This document shows, in pieces, positions 8,106-17,495 of a stretch of DNA of 64,000 bases. The position numbers and the translations under genes were made by a program. Location: positions 2,080,001 through 2,144,000 of the forward strand of contig CAWDML010000001.1 of NCBI GenBank assembly GCA_963803435.1, given 5' to 3'. Origin of the DNA: an uncultured delta proteobacterium (lineage in GTDB: Bacteria; Myxococcota; Kuafuiibacteriia; Kuafuiibacteriales; Kuafuiibacteriaceae). The notes beneath the pieces are model-generated. The model was not told the origin of the DNA. It made no database searches and was given only the letters and a program-made list of their open reading frames with translations. The first letter of the stretch is position 1; each line of letters starts with the position of its first letter.

Positions 8106-10001
8106 GTGCGCGGATCTATCGCTTCGAAACGAGCCCCGACGATCGCTCTCACCCTGGTCTGCTGGGCCGGCTGCGCATTCGACGCCCCGAGCTCCGACCG
8201 CGAGCCCGACGAGATGCCGGAAGCGTCGAGGCCGATCACCGCCATGGAAGAGACCGGACCGATCGCGGAGGCGTGGCTCGAGCGCGCGAAGATTGAGTCG
8301 ACCTTCACGCTCGAGGAGGGGCTGCTGACGTCCCCTCCGCTGGACCTGCCGGCGCCGGCATCTCGGGCGAGCATCTGGATCCGGGAGGCCTCCGGGCCGG
8401 TCGGCGTGGAGGTGCAGGCCGGCTGGGCGAACGGGCAGGTCGGGCCGTGGATCTCGCTCTCCGAGGTTTGGTCGGAGAAGGGCCAGCGAGTCCTCGCGGT
8501 CGATCTCGACACGGCTGCGACGCGCCTTCGCTTTCGGCTGAGCCCAGAGGCGGTCCCCGGCATCCGCGGAGTGTTCTGGACCACGAGCGTGCCGCTGGCC
8601 CCCGAGGTCCGGAGCGGCGAGCTTCCCGATCCCGAGGTCGCGCTCGGATCGCCGGTTCGCCCTCGGTCGGACTGGTCGGCGCGAGCGGCTCGCTGCGGGC
8701 GCACGTCGATGCAGAGGACCGTCCGGCTGCGCCGGTTCCCGGCGCCGGCGGCGACCGAGGACGTCCAGGTCTTCCTGCGCGCCGCCCAAGCGTTCGATCA
8801 GGAGGGGCGCCTCTGGTGCGACGTTCGCGCGAGCTACCTGGCGGGCGACCAGCTCTGGATGGGACGCGGGCCGCGCGAGAGCGCCCTGGCGCCGGATGAG
8901 GTCGACGTGGTCGTGCTCGGCTGTGCTTCCTCCGAGGGTGCGCGTTCGACGCTCACCGCGCTGCTCGATCAGCTCACCGAAGAGTTGTCGCTGACGTCGC
9001 CGTCGCAGCTCTCGGTCGACGCATCGCCGGTCTGCCCGGCGGACACCTGGGTCGAGCAGGCGCTCGACGACTGGCTCGCGACCGCGCCCTTCGGCGTGGA
9101 GCCGCCGCCCCCGCCGCCACCACCACCGGCCGAAGAGGGACACGTGCTCGGGACGGTGCTCGACGACGTCACCAGCGCAGCGCTCTCCGGCGTGACGGCT
9201 CGATGCGACTGCGGGCCGATGGCCATGACCGACGCTGCGGGCGCCTTCGAGCTCCGCCTCCCGAGCGGGGCTCACACCATCACGTTCGAGAAGGACGGAT
9301 ACGACCCCGGCACAGAGACGGTGTCGATCGCCGAGGGAAGCGAGACCGTCCTCTCGGTGCGGCTCCAGCCGATCGACGCGCCCGATCCTCTGGTCAGCGT
9401 GATCGACCACTCCTTCTTGATCCAGCGCTTCGGCGGGAACGACGTCGATCCGTTCGACTACCCGGAGACGCAGGACGGCTTCCAGCAGTATCTCGACGCC
9501 GTCGGCGTCACCCATTTCGCGGCGTGGGAGTACGTCATCCCGAACAACCCGACCGTGGCGGCCGGCTGCGGGTACACGATCCTCCTCCCGGATCGGAGCT
9601 GGTGGCGAAAGGGCGCGGCGCTCGGGCTGCTCGCAGATCAGCTGCGGGCGCTGGTGAACGAGCCCGTCAACCTACGCAACTGGTGGCGACCCGACTGCTA
9701 CAACAATGGTGTCGGCGGCGCACCCGGCGGCGACCACCCGGACGCCGACGCGCTCGACCTCGACTTCGCCAGCGAGCGAAGCCGCGCGGACGCCCAGCGG
9801 TACCTCTGCGATGAGTACTGGCTGCAGGACATCGTAGCGCCCGAGGAGATCGCACCCGGGAGCAACCTGAACCCGCGGCTCAACATGTCGGTCGGGCTCG
9901 GCGCGATCACCATCCACGTCGGGTTGCTGTCCTCGAACGGCCGCCGGTTCTGGAAGTACGACTCGTACACGACGCTCACCAACTCGGGCACGTGCTGGTA
10001 G
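8106..10001 (+). CDS. Lipoprotein: degenerate amidase_2/PGRP-like domain, carboxypeptidase-regulatory-like domain and peptidase M15-like domain
   Basis: LTLVCWAGC lipobox; VRPRSDWSAR..WCDVRASYL..WMGRG (amidase-like); GAFELRLPSGAHTITFEKDGY; WRPDCYNNGVGGAPGGDHPDADALD..IHVG (M15 H-D-H). Start uncertain. Confidence 0.7.
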   Translation: MRGSIASKRAPTIALTLVCWAGCAFDAPSSDREPDEMPEASRPITAMEETGPIAEAWLERAKIESTFTLEEGLLTSPPLDLPAPASRASIWIREASGPVGVEVQAGWANGQVGPWISLSEVWSEKGQRVLAVDLDTAATRLRFRLSPEAVPGIRGVFWTTSVPLAPEVRSGELPDPEVALGSPVRPRSDWSARAARCGRTSMQRTVRLRRFPAPAATEDVQVFLRAAQAFDQEGRLWCDVRASYLAGDQLWMGRGPRESALAPDEVDVVVLGCASSEGARSTLTALLDQLTEELSLTSPSQLSVDASPVCPADTWVEQALDDWLATAPFGVEPPPPPPPPPAEEGHVLGTVLDDVTSAALSGVTARCDCGPMAMTDAAGAFELRLPSGAHTITFEKDGYDPGTETVSIAEGSETVLSVRLQPIDAPDPLVSVIDHSFLIQRFGGNDVDPFDYPETQDGFQQYLDAVGVTHFAAWEYVIPNNPTVAAGCGYTILLPDRSWWRKGAALGLLADQLRALVNEPVNLRNWWRPDCYNNGVGGAPGGDHPDADALDLDFASERSRADAQRYLCDEYWLQDIVAPEEIAPGSNLNPRLNMSVGLGAITIHVGLLSSNGRRFWKYDSYTTLTNSGTCW

Positions 10002-10009
10002 AGGCGGAG

Positions 10010-10387
10010 TCAAAGGGTCGCGAAGAGGTCGATCTGGTTCCCGTCGGGGTCGGACACGCACGCGTACCGCTGGCCCCAGAACGCGTCCCACGGGTCCTTG
10101 ATCCCCTCGAAGCCGGCTCGCGTCAGCTTCGCGTAGACAGCGTCAACGTCGGCCGGCGACGCCCGCTTGAAGCAAAGGTTGACGCCATTGCCCCGAATCT
10201 TCTTCCACTCCGGTTCGAAGCTCCGGATCACCGCCACCGAGTCCACGAGCAATCGAACGCCGCTCGGTGTGAGCCCCTCGAAGTGGTCCGCGTCTCCGTG
10301 GCGTTTCAAGTGGATGCCGAGCAGTCCATAGAACTCGACCGCTCGCTCAATGTTCTCGCTGACGATCCCGATACCATCCAGACTCAT
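10010..10387 (-). CDS. VOC/glyoxalase family protein
   Basis: AVEFYGLLG, DVDAVYAKL, PWDAFWGQRYACVSDPDGNQIDLF. Confidence 0.93.
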   Translation of the reverse strand: MSLDGIGIVSENIERAVEFYGLLGIHLKRHGDADHFEGLTPSGVRLLVDSVAVIRSFEPEWKKIRGNGVNLCFKRASPADVDAVYAKLTRAGFEGIKDPWDAFWGQRYACVSDPDGNQIDLFATL

Positions 10388-10659
10388 GCCGATCCTCCCT
10401 GTCGATGGCCAGGTTAGGAGACTTGCTCCAAGAGAAGCGTGACAGAATCGACGACTTTTTGCGCTTCGGGCGACCGCTGGGGCTCGCAGTCTTCAGGTGC
10501 GAGCCGACAGCACGCGTGCGACGATCCCGTTTGCTCGTAGACGCCGTAGATCGTAGCTCATCCGGAGAGCCTCTTGATCAGCACCGGCCAGATGACCGGA
10601 CAGCCGCGGTGCTCATGGAGGAACCACCCGAGGCCGGGCGCATGTGGTACCAGGGTACC

Positions 10660-12315
10660 ATGCCACGGCCGGACGCACTGACGCGGGGCCGCGACGCCTT
10701 CGCCCGCAACGACTGGCAGGAGGCGAACGCCCAGCTCTCGATCGCAGCCGAGGTCTCGCCAATGGAACCGCGGGACCTGATGTCGCTGGCGACAGCGGCT
10801 TATCTCGTCGGAGAGGAAGAGGCTGCGACCCGTTGCTGGCGGCGGGCGCACCTCGAGCTCATCAACCGCGGCGAGCTCGAGGCCGCGGCGCGCTGCGGAT
10901 TCTGGCTCAGCTTCAGCCTCCTCCTCGGCGGTGCGGCGGCTCAGAGCCGCGGCTGGTTGTCGCGCACCCAGAAGTTGATCGACGACCACGGGCTCGACTG
11001 CGTCGAGCGCGGATACCTGGCTGTGCTCCTCGGGCTGATGCTGCTCGGCAAGGGAGACAACGGTGCCGCCGGTGAGGCGTTTCAGGAGGCAGCGACGTTG
11101 GCCGATCGCTTCGGCGACGTCGACCTGGGGGCGCTCGGCGCGCTCAGCCGCGGTCAAGCATTGATCGCAGAGGGCGATACGACCGAGGGCGTGGCCCTGC
11201 TCGACCAAGCAATGATCGCGGTCATCGGCGGAGAGGTGTCACCCGTCCTCGCCGGCACCATCTATTGTGCCGTGATCCTAACTTGCCAGCGGATCTACGA
11301 CCTGCACCGGGCTCGGGAGTGGACCAACGCGCTGAACGCCTGGTGTGCCCGTCAGCCCCAGCTGGTGGCGTTTCGCGGCCGGTGCCGGGTCCACCGCTCG
11401 GAGATCCTGCAGCGACAGGGCGAGTGGAGCGAGGCCCTCGAGGAGGCGAAGCGGGCCTCCGAGCAACTGTCCGATCCACCGCAGAAGTCGGCCGGGCACG
11501 CCTTCTATCAGCGCGGGGAGATCCACCGGATGCGCGGCGACTTCGAGCTCGCGGAGAAGATGTATCGCGAAGCGGCCCGGATCGGCCGGGAGCCCCAGCC
11601 GGGCGTGGCGCTCCTCCGGATGGCGCAGGGCGATCTCGAGTCGGCGTCGGCCGCGATGCGCCGGGTCGTCGACGAGGCGAAGCCTGGTCACGGCCTGACC
11701 GGAGGCGCGCCGCGTGCGCAGGTCCTCGGCCCCTACGTGGAGATCATGCTCGCGACGGACGACCTCCGCTCGGCGAGGGCTGCGGCCGACGAGCTCGCCG
11801 AGATCGCGAATGGTACCCGCGCCGATCTGCTGAGCGCCCTCTCGGCGGAGGCGACCGGCGCCGTCCTGCTCAAGGAGAACGATCCGAAGGCTGCCCTGGC
11901 CGCGCTGCGATGCGCCTGGACCTACTGGCAGCGCCTGGAGGCCCCGTACGAATCGGCGCGCGTGCGGGTCCTGATCGCCCTCTCCTGCCGGGACCTCGGG
12001 GATACGGACACCGCAGAGATGCACCTCGAGGCCGCTCGAGCAGTCTTCGCTCGACTCTCGGCCGCCCCCGATCTCGCCCGGATCGAAGAAGAGATGGGAT
12101 CGAAGCGAGCGCACGCGGGCCACGACGGACTCACGGGTCGCGAGCTCGAGGTCCTCGCGCTGGTGGCCTCGGGCAAGACGAACCGCCGGATCGCCTCGGA
12201 GCTGCACATCAGCGAGCACACGGTCGCCCGCCACCTGAGCAACATCTTCAGAAAGATCGGCGTCTCCTCCCGCACGGCCGCCAGCACTTTCGCCCTTCAG
12301 CACGGCCTCTTGTGA
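10660..12315 (+). CDS. LuxR C-terminal HTH regulator with TPR-like helical region
   Basis: GLTGRELEVLALVASGKTNRRIASELHISEHTVARHLSNIFRKIGVSSR; start approximate. Confidence 0.9.
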   Translation: MPRPDALTRGRDAFARNDWQEANAQLSIAAEVSPMEPRDLMSLATAAYLVGEEEAATRCWRRAHLELINRGELEAAARCGFWLSFSLLLGGAAAQSRGWLSRTQKLIDDHGLDCVERGYLAVLLGLMLLGKGDNGAAGEAFQEAATLADRFGDVDLGALGALSRGQALIAEGDTTEGVALLDQAMIAVIGGEVSPVLAGTIYCAVILTCQRIYDLHRAREWTNALNAWCARQPQLVAFRGRCRVHRSEILQRQGEWSEALEEAKRASEQLSDPPQKSAGHAFYQRGEIHRMRGDFELAEKMYREAARIGREPQPGVALLRMAQGDLESASAAMRRVVDEAKPGHGLTGGAPRAQVLGPYVEIMLATDDLRSARAAADELAEIANGTRADLLSALSAEATGAVLLKENDPKAALAALRCAWTYWQRLEAPYESARVRVLIALSCRDLGDTDTAEMHLEAARAVFARLSAAPDLARIEEEMGSKRAHAGHDGLTGRELEVLALVASGKTNRRIASELHISEHTVARHLSNIFRKIGVSSRTAASTFALQHGLL

Positions 12316-12349
12316 CCGGGCGTGGTCAAGATCGACCACGCGACCGCCC

Positions 12350-12692
12350 CGGGCTCCGAAGCTGATGAGGACGGAGTCGACGCGTCTTGGTTCTGTTCGC
12401 GTCCAACAGCGATGTGGGCATCGATCTGATTGTTGTCGCAGAATTCGATGTTGGTCGCGCTCAGATAGCCGTTGTCTGCCGTCATCTTCCGCGGAGCATC
12501 GCCGCAGTTGCCGAACACATCAGGGAGCATCGGGACGAGGTGTTGCTGATCAGGTGCCTGGTTGCTGACCCCTTCGGCGACAATCACCTGAGCGTGCTCA
12601 TCTACGACAACTTGGGCATTGTAGGCCTGGAGGTACGCTCCCTCCTTCAACATGATCCTGCTGTCTGAGTCGGTGAAGTTCCTCTGAGCGTT
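12350..12692 (-). pseudogene. IS1182 family transposase fragment
   Basis: AQRNFTDSDSRIMLKEGAYLQAYNAQVVVDEHAQVIVAEGVSNQAPDQQHLVPM..TADNGY. Confidence 0.85.
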
Positions 12693-12860
12693 GGAGCAAG
12701 AACGATTGTCTCGGAGTCCAAGAACGGTATTGCTTCGCCACGAAACCATGGGATCAAGTCCAGGCGTCGAAGTCGATCCGCCCAACGATCGATTCCAGAC
12801 GAAACGACCTCCAAGAACTTCTGCTGGTCAAAGTGGACGAGCTACCGCAAGCTAGCTTGC

Positions 12861-13228
12861 ATGGTCACTTTCGATCACGAGATGCTCGAGGTCTACCAGT
12901 TCGCCGTCGAGTATGCGACATCGCTGAAGAGATCGCACAAGAACTGCAACCCGGTCGCGCTCACGTCCGCGATCAGCTTCGGCGGGCATCCGATTCCATC
13001 GTGAACAACACCGCCGAGGGCGCCGGAGAGTTCAATCCACCTGAGAAGGCTCGCTTCTACCGGATGGCACTTCGCTCTGGCACCGAAAGCGCCGCCTCAC
13101 TCCACACCTGCTTGAGGCGCCGACTCGCCAACGAGCAGAAGGTCCAAGCCGCCAGAGCCAAGCTCAAGCGCGTTGTCGAGAGGCTCACGCGCCTCATCAA
13201 GTCGATGAACGCACGCCGGGCTGCATGA
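12861..13228 (+). CDS. Four helix bundle protein (23S rRNA-IVP/TIGR02436-like), one frameshift near 12915
   Basis: MVTFDHEMLEVYQFAVEY then DQLRRASDSIVNNTAEGAGEFNPPEKARFYRMALRSGTESAA. Confidence 0.85.
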
Positions 13229-13394
13229 TCGCCATCGGGACCGGGACCGGGACCGGCACCCGGACCGGGCTCGCGGTAGCGCTACGCGCTACACGCTCCT
13301 AGGGCCCGTCGATCGCGCCCGCAACGTCGGGGTGGAGACCTGCCGATGGTCGTACGCGCGTGCGCGGGTGACCGCGGTACCCTCGGGCCCTGTG

Positions 13395-14078
13395 ATGAAC
13401 GCCGTGAGGACCACCCTCTCCGCCCTCTGCGTCGCGATCGTCGCCGCGGGGTGCGGGCCCGAGGAGGGCGGGATCGATGCGACCGCGATGGACTCGGGTG
13501 TCGCGATGGATGCAGCGACCACGCCGGATGCAGGCGGGTCACCGGACGCAGGGCTGTTCGCCGGGACGCTCGCCGCCGGAACGTTCTCACTCCCTGCGGC
13601 CCTGGCCTTCGGCGATCCCGGCTTTCACGAGCCGTTCTCCATGATACACACGCTGCCTGCGGATCTCGGCCCCACGGCGGGCGCGCGCCTGGTCGTCCGG
13701 CTCGTCGACACCACCCAGGTCGGCATCACCTGCCTCGCGGACCATCCCACCTCAGGCTGCGCCACGGTCGATTGGTCCGACTTCGAAGATCGGCCGAACG
13801 TTCCGATGGGCGGCGTCTTCGACAACCGGATCAGCGTCGTCACGTCCGACGGACCGCGCGACTACTTCCTGAGCCAGTCGAGCGACCTCGCCGATTCGCC
13901 GGATCCCTACGTCCCGACCTGACCGCATACGGCGGTGGGCGGGTCCGCCCACGAGTGGGACGCTGTGCTCGACAACGATCTGGTCGGTGGCAGCACGCTC
14001 GAGGTCCGGCTGGTGATGACCAAGTTCGGACCTCCAGCGGTGGAGATCGCGTACAGCGTCGACGTCGAGCCGAACTGA
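13395..14078 (+). CDS. Lipoprotein, candidate selenoprotein (in-frame TGA at 13920-13922; 175 aa if terminated, 227 aa if read through)
   Basis: Lipobox VAAGC; CLADHPTSGC motif; 51 further coding-like codons after the TGA, ending at TGA 14076-14078; SECIS-like hairpin just downstream of the first TGA. Confidence 0.7.
13920..13960 (+). promoter_or_regulatory. Putative bacterial SECIS element
   Basis: TGA, then 12 nt, then GTGGGCG-GGTC-CGCCCAC (perfect 7-bp stem 13935-13952); the GGUC apical loop starts 19 nt after the UGA. Confidence 0.55.
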
Positions 14079-14084
14079 GTCGCG

Positions 14085-14235
14085 CAGGGTAGGCCACGGT
14101 GGCGGCATCACCGAAGACGTGGATCTGGCGCTTCCGCTCCTCGAACCGGGTGGTCTTCGCTCGCGTGGCGAAGTCGACGTAGGTGGCCACGATCGCCTGC
14201 GTCGGATCGCCGCTCACCCAGGCTTGCTCCTCCGG
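14085..14235 (-). pseudogene. Fragment of an NTF2/DUF4440-like gene
   Basis: IVATYVDFATRAKTTRFEERKRQIHVFGDAATVAY resembles SnoaL/DUF4440 strands; no intact start or end. Confidence 0.35.
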
Positions 14236-14354
14236 CGAACCCGGTCGATCGCTGAGCGACGGAGGTACCACACGTGCACGCGCAAGGCGCGCGGATACTG
14301 CGTCCTCGACGCGAACCGCGAGCGGCTCGCCGACACGCCGGCCTGACCTGAACT

Positions 14355-14505
14355 TCATCCCGGCACCCCCTGCGACTTGAGCGGCTTGCCGCCGGAGATG
14401 GATCTTCGAGTGCACGACCGGAGCCAGGAGACGAAGTGGCGCTCCGTGGGAAACGCCGTGATCTTGGTGCCGAGCTCCGTCAGGAGGACTTGCGCGGCTC
14501 CCGAT
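14355..14505 (-). pseudogene. IS110-family transposase remnant
   Basis: AQVLLTELGTKITAFPTERHFVSWLRSCTRRSISGGK matches the IS110 C-terminal motif E(I/L)G.D...FP...HF.SW......SGG. Confidence 0.6.
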
Positions 14506-14507
14506 GC

Positions 14508-14625
14508 GGGTCACGCCAAGGCGCGCCGCTTCTCAACCCACAGGATCGCATCGACCAGGGCGTCCCTGATCAGGCGGCGCAGGAGATCTCTGATCCGCTG
14601 CCACTGCTCGTCGGTCAGTCCATAG
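14508..14625 (-). pseudogene. IS5-family (DUF4096) transposase remnant
   Basis: GLTDEQWQRIRDLL..LVDAILWV..GAPWRD (frameshifted). Confidence 0.6.
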
Positions 14626-14655
14626 GTGAGCGGTCGGCAGCCCGGCGTGAGCTCC

Positions 14656-15768
14656 TCAGGCGAGCTCGATGACGGTGATCTCGGCGGGCGCCATCAAACG
14701 GATGGGCGGTCCCCAGTAGAACGTTCCGCGGGAGACGTAGAGCCACATCTGCTCCACACGGTACAGCCCGGCGTTGAACCGGTGAACGAAGCGAACCAGG
14801 AGGGTCCAGGGCACGAACTGGCCCCCGTGCGTGTGCCCGGAGAGCTGGAGATCGACCCGCTCCTTCGACGCCGCCAGCGCCGTCTTGGGATGATGGGCGA
14901 GCAGGATACACACGGCGTGGTCCGGCGCTCCGCGGAGCGAGCGCCGCACGTCGGCGGCGGGGTCGTCCGTGGAGCCGAGAATCGTCGACGCCCGCGACCA
15001 GCAGCTCCTCGCGCACCATGCAGTGCGTGTTGTGGAGGACCACCATGCCGAGCTGCTGGAGATGAGGCAGCCACTCCCCGAGCCCCGAGTAGTGCTCGTG
15101 ATTGCCGGCGACAAAGTAGGTGCCGGAGCGCGACTGGAGATCGGCGAGCGGCGCGGCGTGTGGGCCGAGCTGAGCGACCGAATCCGTCGACGAGAATCGC
15201 CGGTGATGGCGATGATGTCCGCGCCGAGCTGATTGACCCGGTGGACCATCCGCTCGATGTGCTCGCGACGAACGGTCTCGCCGATGTGGACGTCGCTCAG
15301 CTGCACGATGCGAAAGCCAGCGAGCGCGCTCGGCAGGTTCTCTATGGGCACGCGCACGCGCTTGGTACGTGGTCCGAGCCGGACCTGGAGCCAACCCCAT
15401 CCGAACATGAGGAGCGCGAGCCCCACCGCGCCCACGCTGCTCCATCGCTCGAGACGGATCGATCGCGGCAGGAACCAGCCGATCGTCACCCACAGGGCGT
15501 CCCGCGCCAGGACGGCGGTGACCAGGAACGAGCCGAACGCCATCATCAGCTGGGACACCCGCCGCACCTTCCGCCGGCGCGCAAAGGCGCGCAGCCGTCC
15601 GCCCCGCCACCAGCTCAGGGGATACAGGATCATCAGGGAGAAGCTCGCGAGGAGCGCCAGCCCGCAGGCCAGGGAGACAGCGAGCGACGCATGCAGTGGG
15701 GCCACCAAGCGCCAGGCCATCAGGACGTACACGGCGGTGGCGACAATCAGGGCGCGCGCGAGTCTCAT
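14656..15768 (-). CDS. Membrane-anchored metallophosphoesterase (YkuE/YaeI-like), with compensating frameshifts
   Basis: N-terminal TM helices; LSDVHIG, ITGD, GNHEHY (alternate frame), LLAHHP, LSGHTHGGQ, LYVSRG. Confidence 0.9.
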   Translation of the reverse strand: MRLARALIVATAVYVLMAWRLVAPLHASLAVSLACGLALLASFSLMILYPLSWWRGGRLRAFARRRKVRRVSQLMMAFGSFLVTAVLARDALWVTIGWFLPRSIRLERWSSVGAVGLALLMFGWGWLQVRLGPRTKRVRVPIENLPSALAGFRIVQLSDVHIGETVRREHIERMVHRVNQLGADIIAITGDSRRRIRSLSSAHTPRRSPISSRAPAPTLSPAITSTTRGSGSGCLISSSSAWWSSTTRTAWCARSCWSRASTILGSTDDPAADVRRSLRGAPDHAVCILLAHHPKTALAASKERVDLQLSGHTHGGQFVPWTLLVRFVHRFNAGLYRVEQMWLYVSRGTFYWGPPIRLMAPAEITVIELA

Positions 15769-15914
15769 CAGTGGGTCCGGATCGCTTGGGAGATCTCGTC
15801 CGGCCGAGTCAAGGCGTCGCCCCGATGGCGCTATCTTCGCGCGCTAGTGCTCGAGCGCCGGGCCGGTCGAGTGGCAACGTGTTCGGACGCCTGCCGGACG
15901 ACGACGGCGGCAGG

Positions 15915-16544
15915 ATGTGGCACGCGATCCTCGTGGGACTCGAACGCTCTGCCCTGGTGATCGCGCTGGGCCTCGCCCTGTGCCTCGGGTGCTCGCCGGA
16001 GCGGCGGCCGTCCGGCTCAACGCGCCCGCGCGACGCGTCGACCGCCGACAGCGGCGCCGAAAGCGACCGCGACGGCGGCTCCACCGGCGACCCGATGGAC
16101 GCCGCGACGCTGGACGGCAGCGGACCGTCGGACACCGGCGGCGTCCAGAACGACGCCGGTGTTCCCTCTGACGGCGGACCCGCGGCGGACGCCGGCGACC
16201 CGGGCGCCGACGCGGGCGCCTCCGGTGCCGACGGCGGCCCGGGGATGAGCGCCTGCAACAATGAGGGTGATCTCGCGATCCTCCAGACGGTCGACGTCGA
16301 GGGACAGGCCGGGACCTGCGGGCTGGGCTGCATCACCGATCCGAACCGCGTCATGTGCGCCTCGGACTGCGTCTCGAACGCCACCGGGCTCTCGGCGGGC
16401 TGCTCCATGTGCTTCGCCGCAGCCATCGAGTGCACGATCACCAACTGCATTGGGTCGTGTCTCGACCCGGCCGCGCCCGCCTGCCAGCAGTGCCAGATCG
16501 ACAACGGGTGCCGCGACGTGTTCACCGCCTGCTCCGGCGTGTGA
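15915..16544 (+). CDS. Cys-rich lipoprotein
   Basis: LALCLGC lipobox, DAG-rich linker, C-terminal Cys-rich domain. Confidence 0.75.
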   Translation: MWHAILVGLERSALVIALGLALCLGCSPERRPSGSTRPRDASTADSGAESDRDGGSTGDPMDAATLDGSGPSDTGGVQNDAGVPSDGGPAADAGDPGADAGASGADGGPGMSACNNEGDLAILQTVDVEGQAGTCGLGCITDPNRVMCASDCVSNATGLSAGCSMCFAAAIECTITNCIGSCLDPAAPACQQCQIDNGCRDVFTACSGV

Positions 16545-16663
16545 CCGGTACCCGAGACAGCCGCTGTGCTCGGTGTCACCGGTACCTGAAGTGAGGAGCG
16601 CCGTCATCGCCGAGTAAGCGAAGGTCATCGGTGGCGCTGATAGCGTCGTGCTCGGAGGAACAC

Positions 16664-16909
16664 ATGAGCAACGAACGCGTCAATGACACTGGCAACAGCA
16701 CCCCCGTCACCGGCATGAGCGCCGACGCTGCGGAGCGATGGGCGGCGAACGGCAGCTCCAACAACGCCCACCCGCCGCTGATCGACGGCGGCCCCATCGG
16801 TGACGCCGTTCGTTGGATGATCCCCGACTTCATCGAGCGTCCCATGGCGAGTGCGCGCGACTCGGTGCTCGGCGGGCTGAAGAGCGCGTGGAAGGGACTC
16901 TTCGGATGA
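16664..16909 (+). CDS. Small hypothetical protein (81 aa)
   Basis: GGAGG RBS; ATGA overlap with the next gene. Confidence 0.65.
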   Translation: MSNERVNDTGNSTPVTGMSADAAERWAANGSSNNAHPPLIDGGPIGDAVRWMIPDFIERPMASARDSVLGGLKSAWKGLFG

Positions 16910-17490
16910 CCGGCGCGGAGGGGAGCGCGCCGGCGGAAGACCGATTGGCTGCCGAGCTGATGGCCACCGCGAGCGAGACCGACTCGAACGGTCATCCGCG
17001 CCACGCGCGCGAATCGATTCAGGATGCGCTCGCTGCCCTCTACTTCATCAACGCCGGCGGACTGGCCGCGGAGGATCCCGAAGGGCGGAGGATTCTCTCG
17101 GTCTTCTTCCGGCGTCACGGGATCAACCCGCTCGAGCCGGAGGAGAAGGTCCACGAGCAGGTCGCGGCAATCATGCGGGAACGGATCGATCCCGCTCTGT
17201 TCCGATCGTTCCTCACCACCGTCGCCCGCACTCAGGACGAGATCCAGGCGGCCGTGGAGATGTTCGGGATCGACACCGCACGGTCCACCCGCGCCTTCCT
17301 CGGAAACGACGTCAAGAATGCTCCGGTCGAGGGCCAAGGGATCCGGGGGAACGCCCGCGCCTCGGGCCTCGACAAGCAGCTCTTCGACCGCTTCGCGCAG
17401 GCGCGGATGGGCTTACAGCCCGGCCAACCCAAGTCCACCCGCACGGCTCCCATCAAGGGACCCAAAGGCAAGACGCCGACGAAGCGCTGA
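16906..17490 (+). CDS. Hypothetical protein
   Basis: Translationally coupled to the upstream ORF; helical with a basic tail. Confidence 0.65.
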   Translation: MTGAEGSAPAEDRLAAELMATASETDSNGHPRHARESIQDALAALYFINAGGLAAEDPEGRRILSVFFRRHGINPLEPEEKVHEQVAAIMRERIDPALFRSFLTTVARTQDEIQAAVEMFGIDTARSTRAFLGNDVKNAPVEGQGIRGNARASGLDKQLFDRFAQARMGLQPGQPKSTRTAPIKGPKGKTPTKR

Positions 17491-17495
17491 CCTCG

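Larger units (their letters stand above)
12350..13302. mobile_element. Deleted IS1182-family element, copy A (transposase fragment on minus, four-helix-bundle gene on plus, one terminal repeat ending in CTAG)
   Basis: NFTDSDSRIM..YLQAYNAQVVVD..MTADNGYLS is IS1182-type; near-identical inverted copy at 21738-22603; left boundary approximate. Confidence 0.8.

Noticed and set aside
7119-9515. Long antisense or alternate-frame ORFs (also 23049-25349, 43013-45016, 50886-52901)
   Set aside because: These are shadow ORFs typical of high-GC DNA opposite real genes; only 7119-7697 of this one is credible.
10430-10480. Weak similarity to the R2 repeat (tgacagaatcgacg)
   Set aside because: Too short and degenerate to call.
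12861-13228. Diversity-generating retroelement (Avd-like gene plus duplicated DNA)
   Set aside because: There is no reverse transcriptase in the window, and the differences between copies are not adenine-specific TR/VR changes.
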